Below are positions 25,707 to 38,930 of a DNA stretch of 64,000 nt, piece by piece; the stretch's first letter is position 1; every line of letters starts with the position of its first letter. The stretch comes from Torpedo marmorata. Lineage: Eukaryota. The notes below the pieces were generated by a model. It saw only the letters and a list, made by a program, of their open reading frames with translations. It was not told the DNA's origin and ran no database searches. The DNA lies in the NCBI GenBank assembly GCA_977017645.1, contig OZ360239.1, positions 22,444,001 to 22,508,000 on the forward strand, given 5' to 3'. Position numbers and translations under genes: made by a program.

Positions 25707-27962
25707 TTTATTATTTTACATCCCGACAAAAATGATCAAATTGATTAAAATTATTCGATCAAATTACTTTGAACGTAAAATAGGTCTAAATAAAATTAAA
25801 CAACTTTAATGATTAAAATACGTTAAGCTATATTGATTCACCCGGAAATGTGTGCACTTATTGATCATGTCATTTATTATGTAATTCCACATAATTCTGA
25901 GATTCCTGCATTTTTCATGAACAGGTTGTACATAAATTAGTAGTCAATGCTATAAAGCAAAAGTGCGTTTTATTTATTTTAGTGCACTGTGAATGCGAAT
26001 TCTACCTTGAAAAATTCACCAAACCATTTGGCAATAATATCGCTGACTTCTATATCTATCGTTTCGCCTTTATTTGCCACTCACTCTTCAAAATACATTC
26101 AGTCTTAATTCCAGCACTTTGATCCCACACACTTGCAGGCTGTTATCCAGTTGTCCTTTTCTGGAAGCGTGGATGGTTAAAATTCGTTGTCTGCAGTACC
26201 GTGCAACCTTAACATAAATTAAAATGTGATCGTCTTCCTTAATCTTATTGTCTTTTGTGTTTCACACATTATAAGATGGAAGTTTGTGTGAGGCTACCAA
26301 ATCAGATGTTATTCTGAAAAGGTAGAATTGTAGTTCTGGAAAGGTCAGAGGGAAATGCAAGATTCATCACAAATAAATAAGCAAACCACATATTCATGTA
26401 ATTAAAAGCAAAATAAAATGGAAAACTGAAATAAAAAGAGAAAATGGTGGAAACATTCAGCAGGCCAGACCGCAACTGTGGACGAGAAACAGAATTACCA
26501 TTTCAGGTCGAAGACATCCACTGAGTTTTATAAGCGTCTTTTGTTTTTAATCACGTAAACTGACTTTGTGTTTCAGAAAGGTTCCAATTTAAATTATCAA
26601 GAAACTTAATTGGTGCAAATTTTAATGATTATGCTGGCGAATTTAATGTTTCGTTCCTTAAATCAAAGCAAAATGATCAATTTTAAAGTGCCGATAATTC
26701 TATTGTTTATCGGCAGAAAAATAACTAACAGGTGCTCCATGCAAAAGCGCAGTGGATGTCCGCTTACGTGTTTGATTACATTTTGTTACACCGACTTGCT
26801 AAGAACATTTCAAATTACACGTAGCACTGAACTTACTTCATCTGGAGATGTAAAAGTTTATCACATTAGCCACAGAAACAAGGGTGTTCTACCCTCTTTG
26901 CATTCTAATCAAATGTTTTACAGCCTGCATGCTCTGATTTTGATTTATTGGTACACTATTTTTGATTCATCCAGTAACGACAGCTTCATATCTGTTCAAT
27001 AGTTCCAAACGGGTGGTGGAGAAAACTGCATCGAAAGTACACAGTTCCAGAGCACGAGGCCACCAAATTTGATCCTAATGACTGAAACTCGGCGTGTGTG
27101 AGTCTCCGTGCGCTGGGATTAGTATTAAATTAACTTACTTTCACAACATTCAACATGAGCAACGCTTGCTGAAGGGTCGGTTTGAGCGAAACGCGCAAGA
27201 ACCATGTTTATACGGTGTCCGTTTCAGAACGTAATTGAACCCAGCAAAGTGAGGAAGTTGAGAAGGCAGTGGCGCAAAACACTTCCAATTATAACATTTC
27301 TAAACAGTTTCACCGCTGGCTTCCCAATTCCCAAAACATGCCCGCGAGAAGGGTAAGCAAAGTCATACTGAGAATGACCACCTCTTATAAGCAGTCCGAT
27401 CAGTGTGCATTTTTATAATTCCTTGCATGCACAGATCTCCAAAATACTCGGAGGTTACGTGTCAGCCACTTTGGCTGATAGTGAAGCCCAAAGATACTGC
27501 CAAGATTTGCGTGGCTGCGTTTAGGTTGAATCAAACATGACACATGGTTAACCAAACTCATGTTGCCATGACATATATTCAACATCCTGCTGAAAGGTGG
27601 TGAATTTCTCCAGTATTCCTAATGCTGTGTTAACTGAGTACCTGCGCGACCGACAAGAGGGAGAACAAGACATTAAACATAATTAGAAATGGCGCGTTAA
27701 TAACGCAGGGCACTCCTGGGTTTCCAACACTATCAATAACGCAATTGTGTTTTAGAAACACTATAAATCTGAAGGAATGTTCATCCTCGAGGTTTTTATT
27801 CGTCATTGCCAGTATAATTGTTCATCTCTCTCTATAGTTTATATGGAGAGAACCTACTTGGTTGATTTTATTTGCACCATCGCCGTACGATATAAAAATT
27901 TAGGAATTCCACGTGATGTGCAGGTGGGACTTTGATCTCCTAAGTTTAAACAATCTATCATG

Positions 27963-28510
27963 GAGTTAAACACGAAGTCTGCCGATGATACGGTTGTAGT
28001 GAAAACACACAGAAATGCTGGAGGAACTCAGCCGGTCTCGCCGCGTCCATAGGAGGTAAAGATATATTACCGATGTTTCTATAAGCAAAAATTAAGGACT
28101 AGAGATTAAGGGGGAAGTCTGGGCATCCTCCGACCGGATGGCATTAACATCGACCTCCGGTTTCCGTTAAGACCCCCCCCCCCACCCACCCAATTCCTCT
28201 TCCCCATCTCCTTCCCGCTAGTTCTCTCTCTCTCTCTCTCTTCTCTCCCCTTTTGCTTCTGTTTCTTTTCACAGAAGCCAAAATCAATTCTCACCTCTCG
28301 TTTTATCATATCCAATTAACACCTTTTGGCTGTTGGTCTGGACTCTTCCCCTTCTATTCTTTCCCCTTAATCTCTGGTCTTTAATTAAGATGCCTGCCTG
28401 CTTTTTGCTTATACCTTGAAGAAGAGCTCAGGCCCCAAATGTCGGTAATATATCTTTACCTCCTGTGGACGCTGCGAGACCGGCTGAGTTCCTCCAGCAT
28501 TTCTGTGTGC
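27963..28510 (+). mobile_element. Penelope-derived fold-back miniature element
   Basis: Arms at about 28006-28079 and 28437-28509 are inverted. The internal GGCATCCTCCGACCGGATGGCATTAACATC is the end of the GIY-YIG ORF. Decayed hammerhead near 28411-28446. ATCATG flanks both sides (27957-27962 and 28511-28516). Confidence 0.85.
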
Positions 28511-28844
28511 ATCATGTCTGATTGGGGAAGCTCTGTGGCTTCTTCCCAAGCAGGAACTCGATTTTTGTGTTTGTTTTTTTGCTCCCCAATACCCAATAAT
28601 GGTAGGCGAGGAGTTACAGCATTACCGGTTCCCCCAATGCATGAAGGAGCAATCGAACGTGTTCACCGTAACCAACCTGTCTGCACTGCTGGAGAGCAGA
28701 GCTATTACTTACATTCTCCAGACCTTTAACATGTCGGTGGTTTTCTTGAGGTTTAAATTCTTCCCGAAGTGGGCCTAGAAAGTAAGGCGCGGCTTAAAAC
28801 TAATGTTATATGTTATATGTTGGTGATGGGCACTTTGAGGATTT

Positions 28845-29098
28845 TTTTTTAATGTAGACATACAGCACTGTAACAGGCCAATTCGGCCCTACGAGTCCGT
28901 GCCGCCCAATTTACATCCCAATAACCTACACCCCGGTACGTTTTTGAAGGGTGGGAGGAAACTGGAGCCCCCGGAGAAACCCCACGCAGACACGGGGAGA
29001 ACTCCTTACAGACAGCGCGGGATTCGAACCTAGGTCCGGTCCCGATCGTTGGCGCTGTAAAGGCATTGCGCTAACCGCTACACCAACCGTGCCGCCCC
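28845..29098 (-). mobile_element. tRNA-derived V-domain SINE (HE1-like)
   Basis: Minus strand shows an A-box (TGGTGTAGCGG), a B-box (GGTTCGAATCC), the V-domain core CTCCCCGTGTCTGCGTGGGG and a CR1-like tail. Confidence 0.9.
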
Positions 29099-32000
29099 AT
29101 GGCGTCGTTTAAAAGACACCGTGTTCTGGCATAGCTTGCTTGGGCCAAACTTCCAGCTAAAGAAGTCATACTGCAACTTACTTACTCCCAACCTCAATGC
29201 GTGCAGTAAATTTGTTATCGCCGTGGGCAGCCACTAAACAGCTCCATCTCTTGCGGCCGTTCGGTTTATGTCGACAATCTGAGCCAACAGCCTTCCCGAG
29301 GAGCCTGTTCCAGGTTCACTAGTTCCTGTTTGAATAGTTATTGTAACTCCCTGTGGTCGGAAACCAAATTTGATATTTTGAGATAGAGACCACTGATATA
29401 TTACCCATCATTGTTTTGAATATTGATTGTCATTGGAAATGATTTTCAATTAGCCCTCTCTTTAAAGCAATGGCGTTTTCTTCCAATGCATTTCACGGAT
29501 CGACGTGGAGTGTAATCTTGCTTCAAAAAAACTAATTCAGTAGCAGTTCAGTGATACAAAAAATGTCAAAACATGTTTCTACGAAAATGCAGGTCAGTTC
29601 CTTAGCAATATGGAAATGTTTCAGTGACCTGACAAGGATGTGTCCCAAAGCATTTTGCACCCAATTAAATATTTTCATGATCTAACAAAGTAGGGCTGTC
29701 AGTCTTTTCTTTCAGTTTGGTTTGATCAATGCTATTTTCACTCTTTATATACACTGTTAAGATCAAATCTAATGGTCATACCTGGAGAAACATAGTTGCA
29801 GCTGTAGGCTACAGTGGAATCATTTCATCCGGTGCGGATGATAAATGCCTCCTTCAATGCCGTAACTTTATTCCCCTACCCCCACCTCTCCATGTAGCTG
29901 GTGAAAGATGTCCATAAATCATTTGGGAATCCAGAAACTAACATTTTCTGAGATGCCCTGGGTTTCACATACCATTTCCCCTAGGTTTATGGTATGCTGG
30001 TGTACAATATTCTGAGTACTTTCTGAGCATGACATTTAGAACTTGGTGGAGCTAGACTGAAATAATAACACAATGAAAAGTGTGTACTTGATCAGATTCA
30101 AAGTATAATCCCGGGGCTATCTTTTTTAAATGGATAAAACTTAATGGAAGTTACCATTTGCACCGATCTTCAATTACGTATTTCTTTCAACCCACGTTTC
30201 CTTACATTCAAGCAAGGCGTTTTTTTTTCCTTGGTCGGACTTGTTTATTAGCAGACGTATCATGATAACTGTGTATCTTCCAAACGCACCAAACTTTCCT
30301 GTCTTGGCACATGACAAAGATACCGTTGAGCCTGCCCGACCTGTTTCTCCCGAATTATCTAACCGGCCCTTTTGATATTATCAGGCATTTTATTTAATTT
30401 TTAAGGAATTGCCGCAACAGTATCAAAGATGTCATTAAAACAATCTGCCAAGAAAGCAGCGATTTCATGTGCAGTAAATTGATGCCGAGGACGTTGTGAC
30501 AAGTGTGGGTATTATTCAGGACGCAATATACATGGCATCATGTTTATTGTTCCAACAGACAGGAAAAATAAGTTACATTCTTTCGAACAAAATGCTGTCC
30601 TAATTCAATGTTATGAAATTATGTTTGTTAAGTCTGTTAGGAAATAAAGTTTGTTTTAGTATGTGAAATATTTCCTCTCTTATGTATCATTCTAAAGCAG
30701 CCTTTACAATAAAGCTATTTGGAACTTTTTTTTATCTTAACCTTAAGATGCCTGAATAGTAACAAATAACTGGAGGCCTTGAAATGGTACCTGGCGCAGG
30801 TTAGAGGCTTTCAAAGCTCTCTATGATGTCGGGTAGAAAAAGATTCTGTTTGCTGTGTGATCGGATTTACACTCCCAAATCAGGCTATTTTTTGTCAAAT
30901 AAAGGCCTCGGAGCACAAAAATTGTTCTTGAACGCAATACACAGTTATTGCTCAGCTGAGAGCCTGACTGAATGAATATAGTGTTAATTTCTCCACTAGC
31001 GTAAAGCTAAAAGTCCGTGAAATCAATTGTACGACCAGCCCGAAAAGTAATGAGTGCAGAAGACATTGGATTATTTGCAAATGGGAGCTGGTAAGTGACC
31101 AAATCATTTATCATAGAACATTTCGTGGGCAATGTAATCATTTGTTCCTTCCGCAATACTTTATTTAGAATGGACCAGTTGGCGCGTAATCTCTGCACAA
31201 CAGAATGTGCAGATGATTGTCATCTGTCTGTGCACAATGTGTGCAGTACTGTACCTCATTATCGGCGCGTGATTAAATGTAAAGGTACAAGTTTCTATAC
31301 ATTCGTTTCTATAACAACGTGCTGGTGGGTCAAAAGCACGTGTGCATTTGTTTCATCGCGAGTTTATGTATTTGTTTGACAGTCTTTGTAACTCTTCCCC
31401 ATCTATAAGTTGTTACGCATGCCCAGTGGTACTGGGTGGTACCGAAGGTAAATTTAATCGAGCAACGTTAATCAGTCACATTCTTCCTTCATTTAAAAAT
31501 GGATTATTGTAATCTTCATTACATATAAAATTGTGGTCACAAATAGTTAACTAACAGGCATAGTTTCCGCTCTCTTTTTCATATTGTTGTGCACTGTGGA
31601 AAATAACCTGAACAGGTGCGGCTTGCGTTTTCGTTAATTGAAAAACTTTGTAAAATCTTGATTGTAATTCATGTATTTTCATCTATCTTTAAATTAATGT
31701 TCTTTATGCCCTCAGACTAACATTGAAACACAGGAAGCTTATTATGAAAACAAATATCAATCGATCTCAGCACCACCAGCGAGGAGTTGAATAAGTTTAC
31801 AGCGATGATTAAAATGACCAGATATTTTAATAGCACATTTATTCATTATTAACTGCGGAATACAAACTGCAACTTTGCGTGCTGAATGATTTGAAATAAT
31901 GGAAAGAACAGTACGTGCGAAGTAGAAATAGAGAAGTAGAAAGCCGAGAGTAAAAAAAACAACACAGAAATGCTGAAGGAACTCAGCCGGAGAATAAGAA

Positions 32001-33439
32001 GTGTCAACGTCTCCCGCCAAAACAAATGCAACTCCGACTTTGGGTGCCACGTTAGGCTTTCTGAAACTGATCTCCCATGTCCGGTTAATTTCATTCCAAC
32101 CCTTGGTCAATGTCAGTGTCTGCACCTGAGAGAGAAGCTGCAAATTATTCGTAATGATGAAATGAACGAGAGTACAGTTTCCATGGAAGGCATTCGCGAG
32201 AGTCAATGCCTATAACAATTAAAACTATCGCTTCAAATACACGTTGATGAGTTTTGAGGAGTTTCCATGATAAACATTCAGCTCGCATTCCATGCAATAT
32301 TATTCAATGCAACAATAACTACAAAGGTCCCATAATGTAATGCAAATGTGCTTCTCCACCCTACAATGATTTTCCACATGTGTGAACTCTGAAGAAATAT
32401 GTGAAAAGTCTTCGGAATAGAACGCCCCCCTCCTGCCCACCCCAATGTTCCAACCTCAGAGAAGAACCCCCCCCAACCCCCCTCCCCCGCCCTGCTTTAT
32501 TTTACTCGCCCTCTTTCATGTATCATAACTACTCGCACATTGTGACCCTCCTCCGAATCTCTCGGGACTTTTAGGGGCAATTGAAGTATGAGGTATGTAT
32601 GCTGCATCCTTGGTGTATTGTTTTGTTTACATTTTATCGAATTGCATGGAAGTTTATATTTAAATTGGTCACTTTGATTGTCATCTGAATTTCACCTGCA
32701 AAATTTCACCTCCAGCCACTATCTGCCAGGCACTCGCATTAGGCGAACATTTCTGCTCGTTGAGTGCGGTGCTTTTCTCTCCACGATGTAAGTAATGGCT
32801 GGTAGAGGGCAAGGAACGGGCCGATGCAATTAAAGGCCCGCACTTCATTAGGAATCCTGGAAGTAGAGACCCCACAAACAAGCTCCCGTCATAATAAATG
32901 TTATCTTAAAGGTCAGCTACTTTTGGTAGTATCTCGTTAAGAGTTATAATTCTACCGGAGGCAACACAAAAACCCCACATGGTGATAAACGCGAATTGTT
33001 ATTGATAGGACAGAAAAAGATTCCAATTCCTGAAATTGTTGAAACCTGACTGGATTTTGCTCCCTTGCCATGTGTGCACACAAATTCTTGTGTCTAATCC
33101 CTCTACATACTATTGAGCAGGTTTTAGTCTGCACATGTCACATGCAGAACCTTTTTCCACGTTTTACGTGTACCGTAATTATTAACATATGTGCTCAAAT
33201 CTCATTGTCTGTCCTTGGAAAGACATTATGACAGAAGCAGAATTTCTTTTACCCCATGGCTACACTTCATGTTAATTGATTTCCTCTGCCGTTCTGAGCT
33301 TAATTTAACATTCGATCCACACTAACTCAGACATTTATTTCAAACGGGATTGCCCTGTTTACATCAAAGATTTAGATCTACAAATGAAGGACATTGGGAT
33401 AAATTCATTTACTTTAATCTTTGGGAAATGATTTTTACA

Positions 33440-33670
33440 TTTTAAATTTAGACATATAGCACTGTAACAGGCCAATTCAGCCCTATGAGTCCGTGCCGTC
33501 CAATTTACACCCCATTAACCTACACCCCGGTACATTTTGAAAGTTGGGAGGAAACCGGAGCCCCCGGAGAAAACCCACTCAGACACGGGGAAACTCCTTA
33601 CAGACAGCGCGGGATTCGAACCCAGGTCCGGTCCCGATCGCTGGCGCTGTAAAGGAGTTGTGCTAACCGA
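33440..33670 (-). mobile_element. V-SINE copy, slightly 5'-truncated
   Basis: Close match to 28845-29098. Confidence 0.9.
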
Positions 33671-34586
33671 TGATGTTTCAATATATTCGGGAATTTGTTT
33701 TTACATTTTTGGAGACAGATAAATCATGTGGAACGTTATTACGTAATGCTAGAAAATGCCTTCAGATAGCGAACGATTCCACATAGCCTTTTGCTGCAAC
33801 CTATTGGATCTCATAAGGTGTATTGCTGATCTCATTCCATCGTCTTCATTTTTATCTACCGCATATACAATGACGCAGCACTTGGGAGTGTCTTCACGTA
33901 GCTTGTTTGTCACTTTGATGGAATTGAAATGCAAAATTAGTTTCTATTTTAGAACATCAAAGGATAAAACGGGATATCTTGGCTCCCTCGGAAAATTATG
34001 CTGCAACTGGACTTCGGAGATCAATTAGCCTTTTTTAACCAATCGCTCGCTGGTTGGAATTTTTTTGCTCTTTTGCGCTTTCCTTTTATCTCTCACGAAT
34101 AATATTGTTGCATCTCCATACTTTGTACTTGGATGTTGCAATCACCTTACGGAAAATGTGCCAGCATGTTTGTACACAGTAAAATGTGAACGTGTGTTGA
34201 GCGTGAGTACGAGCAGAATACACCGAGATGTGAATGTATGTTTATTGGCAAGATGGGTGCATATAAACCCGCTGTGTCATAGCCTGTATGATTGTTTGTG
34301 TTAGTGTGTTAGTGAGTTGAGAGAGAGAGAGAGAGAGATATCAGGCAGCAATGAGGACATTTTCAACAAAAACGGAATTGCTGAAATACTCAGTAGGTCA
34401 AGCAGCATCTGCAGAGAAATCAAATCAAAAACGCTGCAATTGCAAAGTAATGCAGTAATTGGCATCTCACCTTATTCAGAGTGCAAATGCAATCGACATT
34501 TCCAGCCAGCAGTTAGAGAAATTTGAAAAGGAATCACACCACACAAGTTCTGCTCTCCAAAAGTTGTGATGTAAGGACCCCCATTG

Positions 34587-34647
34587 ATTGCTTATAACTC
34601 TGCGTGTGATTGTGTGAGGATGTTTCGGCCGTTCACGATGGCATGTT

Positions 34648-34689
<42 letters not shown>

Positions 34690-34784
34690 AAGAGAGAGCT
34701 GGGGGAAGGTGACAGGGAGAAGAAGGGGCGAGGGTTTAACAGAAACCAGAGAATTCGATGTAATGCCATCCGAGAGAGAGAGAG

Positions 34785-34862
<78 letters not shown>
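34587..34862. repeat. Compound (TG)n/(AG)n microsatellite cluster
   Basis: Blocks at about 34647-34698 and 34772-34862. These produce the spurious CV/RE/HT-repeat ORFs in the track. Confidence 0.9.
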
Positions 34863-34864
<2 letters not shown>

Positions 34865-37800
34865 CCTGGCTCTCTTCGACACATGTACCGATTTTATTGA
34901 GAATCACTGCGCCCGTTGACATTGACCAATTTGAACGCAAAACGAAAATGGTAACACAGGAAAGAATAAAAAAAATAGCTCGGACACCTCAGGTAGTTGA
35001 AGCATTCGTTATACAGCAAAACAAATTCATGTAATTGTCGGAGGAACAAGAAGCATTTTGCAAGAAAGTATTCAGCACAGGCGGTCCATCAACGTCTCCA
35101 TTAAACTGCAGCACGGAACAATAAATAAACGCAGGCTAATTTCTCTTGTTTATAAAAAAAGGCAGAACTCCACATTTAAATCAGCCTTGTGGTTACTACT
35201 TTGCAGATAACACTTTCCCTTCCCATTCGCCACAAATGACTGGCTACTGCTAACTACTTCTGATCTTCGCTGTTTAAAATTCTCAAAATTAGCTCTAAAT
35301 CAATTGTGAATCAACCTGCATCAGTTTAATAAATCACTTCTCTATGGAAGAATAAGGTGCCTTCACGAGCAAAAACCGAGTCGTCGTGGTACACCACCAC
35401 TTAACATCGCAAAGAAAGTCAGCAAGATAATAAAGACAGATCAATGATAAATGCAAAACAAATTACAATAAAAATGCACATTTCATACATCTAGGTCCTG
35501 GTTAATCTCATGCTCTCATCTTCATGGCAGATTTCCTTCATCTTAACTATGAGGGAATCCGATCTGAATCAGCAACTAAAATATGTATATAAAAAGGATG
35601 AAGATTTCAGCCTCTTTTTCTGTTGGAGCTCGAGTAAGAATCAGGGGCCTTCTAGTTCTGGGGAACCACAGATGGCGGCATTCATCTTCCTCCCGAGTCG
35701 GGACACTTCTGGTAACGATGGAAATCGAAAGGTAAAACTTTCCAGAAATCCTGTTCTCAAAAATTTAGAAATAACACTCGCGCGGAGTTCGCGGTCGCCT
35801 GGCGACGGACACGCTGAGCGCCTACCACTTCCAGAACGGTAGTGTACCCGAATCCCTCCCCGGGACTCCAGCGGCCGCCGAAAGAAAATTCCGTCAACTC
35901 TTTCCAAGTGGCACACAAGGGAACAAATTCCCATTCCTTTCGATTCCGTTTCATCGAAAGTAAACCAAACTTTCGGAAGCTGCGGCGTAGAACAACACGT
36001 GCGTATTCGTCTAATAAAAGTGCATGCGCCAGAAACTCTCGGAAGTTTATATGATCGGTGCACCAAAGTAATCTGGTAAAGTGTATTTAATGCATAGACT
36101 GTGGAAAGCATTTACACATCAGTAATTTACCATCATTGTTTATTTATTGCACATAACGTGAAGGTCTTATGGACTTTGTTCAGGTTTACGTTAGTAGAAA
36201 TAAATTTTCACTTTTGCCTGATCAGTTAACGATTTTTTTTCAACAGAGCGTCGCAAAATTGCTCAGGCCTGGCTGCTCGTACCGCAAATAAGTGAAAAAC
36301 AAAGTCGAACGAATGGGGGAGCGAAGTCGGAGAGGGGTCCGACAAATTTTACCCCGTGAATGCAGAAAAAATACACAGACACTTAGTAGATAAAGCAATT
36401 TAAAATAACTTGTTCGCAAGAAAATAAGAACTAGGTCATTTGACTCCTCGCGGCTGCTCTGCCGGTTAATAAGGTCACGGCTGATGTTTTTAAACACCAC
36501 TTTCCCGCACTAACTCCGTATCCCCTTATATCCGGAAAATCTTTTACCACGAATGTTATGGTAATTATTCTCTCGTTACAAGGTCTCGGGATTATTTTCG
36601 GTGCAAAGTAGAACTTTTTTAACTTCAACTTTTTTTTTTCTCTCGTCGTTACTTAGGTTTGGATTTCAGTACCCCGGATAACCCATAACCGTGCACAAGG
36701 CTATTCTGGGCTTTCGCGGGAGGGTTTGAACTCACCTCTTCTTGCCACCGTGGCCGCGCGTTTATCGAGGGATTTACGAGACCAATGATCAGGGAGTGAG
36801 GCAGCATAAATAACATCGTCACCAGTGATGACCTTTTCCTTAAAGAAACGAACAGTCTACTCTAGTCTTCCATGTGCTTCTTATCAAGTGTCTGTACTTG
36901 AAAGATATGATTTAAGATCAGTAAAATCTGTGCTTTGTTCATTTCCTTGAATTGTCCGGGAAAAAGAACCTGCACCTCCAACTGCTAAAATGTAGGGATT
37001 ACTGAAAATTGCCAAAAAGTATCTTGCAGTGAGATGTTTCTATTTCAGGCATTTTAGACGCATCCGATCATTTTAAACAAGAAAGTATTTCGCCTATTCT
37101 AGCGATTGATCCGCCCTCTGTCCCTTACCTTTTCAATGAATTGTGCTGAGGTTTTAGCAATTGTGCATAACTTCATGAATTGTCGGTCACAGTGGAGGCT
37201 TCCCCGTTTGCCACCAGCATTACTGGAGTGGAAAATATTTATATCTATGACATCCAATGCGACCACGCACGAAATTTGTTCTAAAATCACAAAAGTTATT
37301 TTCGGACATGAATTTTCATCCAATAACATGGACGATAATGGTCAGATCAGGGTACAGATATATCTAGATCAGTTGCGAGAAATTAATCAGATCGTCCCAA
37401 GCAAAAAAAATAATTAATGGAATTTATTTACGTTTCAATGACAGTAATAATAATTAACGTGATGTGACATTCTTAAAACCGTTGTTTATAATTCATTTGA
37501 TCAACATAGCAATAAATCGTGGACGGGGGCGTCTCAATGTATTAACAAATGCATTAATTAATTCTTTCACTTTAATACCAGCTGTGTTGAGAGGGAACAT
37601 CCGAAAATCGAATCCACACAGGATGAAAAGGAATAGTAAAACAAGGACAAATGACCGATTGTAAAGCCATTAAATATAGCACTGGTTTGCCATCAAAGCA
37701 CGAACGGAGAAAAATCATGATATATATTTAACAATGATATGGCTTTGACCAGTGGTACACGTGCTCTACCTCAGATCATGTCCAAGCCAGCCTCTTCGTT

Positions 37801-38186
37801 TTCTAATATGCTTATAATGTATAAGGAGATCGTTATTTTTGAGTAGATTTATCTCATTCACTTTTATGTATCAATTCCAAATACGTTTCATCGTGTTAAA
37901 GGAGCATTCTATCTCGTAAGAAAGGGATTATTTCATCGCATTTGAAATAGTTATCATAGAAAGTAATGTAAAAACACGTTCCAATTGGTGGGGCGCCGAG
38001 TCTGAGGAGGAAGATTCTTCAGCACTGCTGTCAAACGAAGAGAAATATGAATTTAATTTTTCCGTTCTTTAAAATTAAACGCCAGATCAGACAATTAGAC
38101 TTTTCAAGCTTTTGTCACTAATATTTTCCCATTGGTTAAAATTAATTCCAGGATATTTTTTGTAAACCATTATTTCAATGAATAAA

Positions 38187-38375
38187 GTCTACAGACACAG
38201 TGGTTGAAGTAATACACAACGCTGGAGAAACTCAGCAGGTCAAACAGTGTACTTTATATAGCAAAGATAAAGATACATAACCAACGTTTCGCGCTTGAAC
38301 CCTTCATCAGGGTATGAAAAAAATTACATCATACACTGTTTGACCAGCTGAGTTTCTCCAGCATTGTGTTTTTAC
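38187..38375 (-). mobile_element. Penelope-derived fold-back miniature with a hammerhead in the loop
   Basis: Arms at about 38204-38251 and 38332-38380 are inverted. Minus-strand 38276-38316 reads catacc-CTGATGA-a-gggtt-ca-agcgc-GAAA-c-GTT-ggttatg. Flanked by TTCAAYGAATAAA (38174-38186 and 38376-38388). Confidence 0.88.
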
Positions 38376-38789
38376 TTCAACGAATAAAACAACAACAACC
38401 AGAACACAAGCAAAGTACTATTAAGAAAATAAGCGGATAATCAGCCAATTGTTCTTTGTATTTACCATTACAGCGCAACATTTCAGCTATATCTTTAAAA
38501 AAAGTTGTTAACATTTGAAGCATGATTTAAATTGACCAAATAAAATCTGTATGAAAACTAGACTGGAAAGTTAACCCGTGAAACCGCTCAACACTAAGCT
38601 AATGCTCTTTGCAGCTAAACCAAAAGTAATTGCTGGCAGGATTTGTTTCACAGGAAGGTAGTTTAGACAAAAAAACAAATACTTTTAAAACGGCAAGGCG
38701 AAAACCCTCGAACATTGGCAAAATTAATCCGGCTGAAAGTTTCATGTCACCAAATGGTTTATAAATCCTTGAGACAACAAGTGATTTTA

Positions 38790-38930
38790 AGATGCTGGAA
38801 TCTTGAGTAGACAAAAGAATTGCTGGAGGAACTCAGCAGGTCAGACAGCATCTATGCGTAGAAATGGTCAGTCAACTTTCCGGGTCTGTTCTCAAGTCTT
38901 ACTTGCTGAGTTCCTCCAGCAATTATTTGC
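38790..38930. mobile_element. Older Penelope-derived fold-back miniature
   Basis: AATTGCTGGAGGAACTCAGCA ... TGCTGAGTTCCTCCAGCAATT inverted arms. Confidence 0.75.

Noticed and set aside
27165-27200. CTGAAGGG...CGAAACGCG resembling a hammerhead
   Set aside because: The core is not CTGANGA, there is no convincing stem II and there is no Penelope context.
28845-29098. tRNA gene
   Set aside because: The A and B boxes belong to a SINE head followed by a V-domain and a LINE-like tail, present four times in the window.
34476-35034. ORFs with HT, CV and RE dipeptide repeats
   Set aside because: These are translations of microsatellites.
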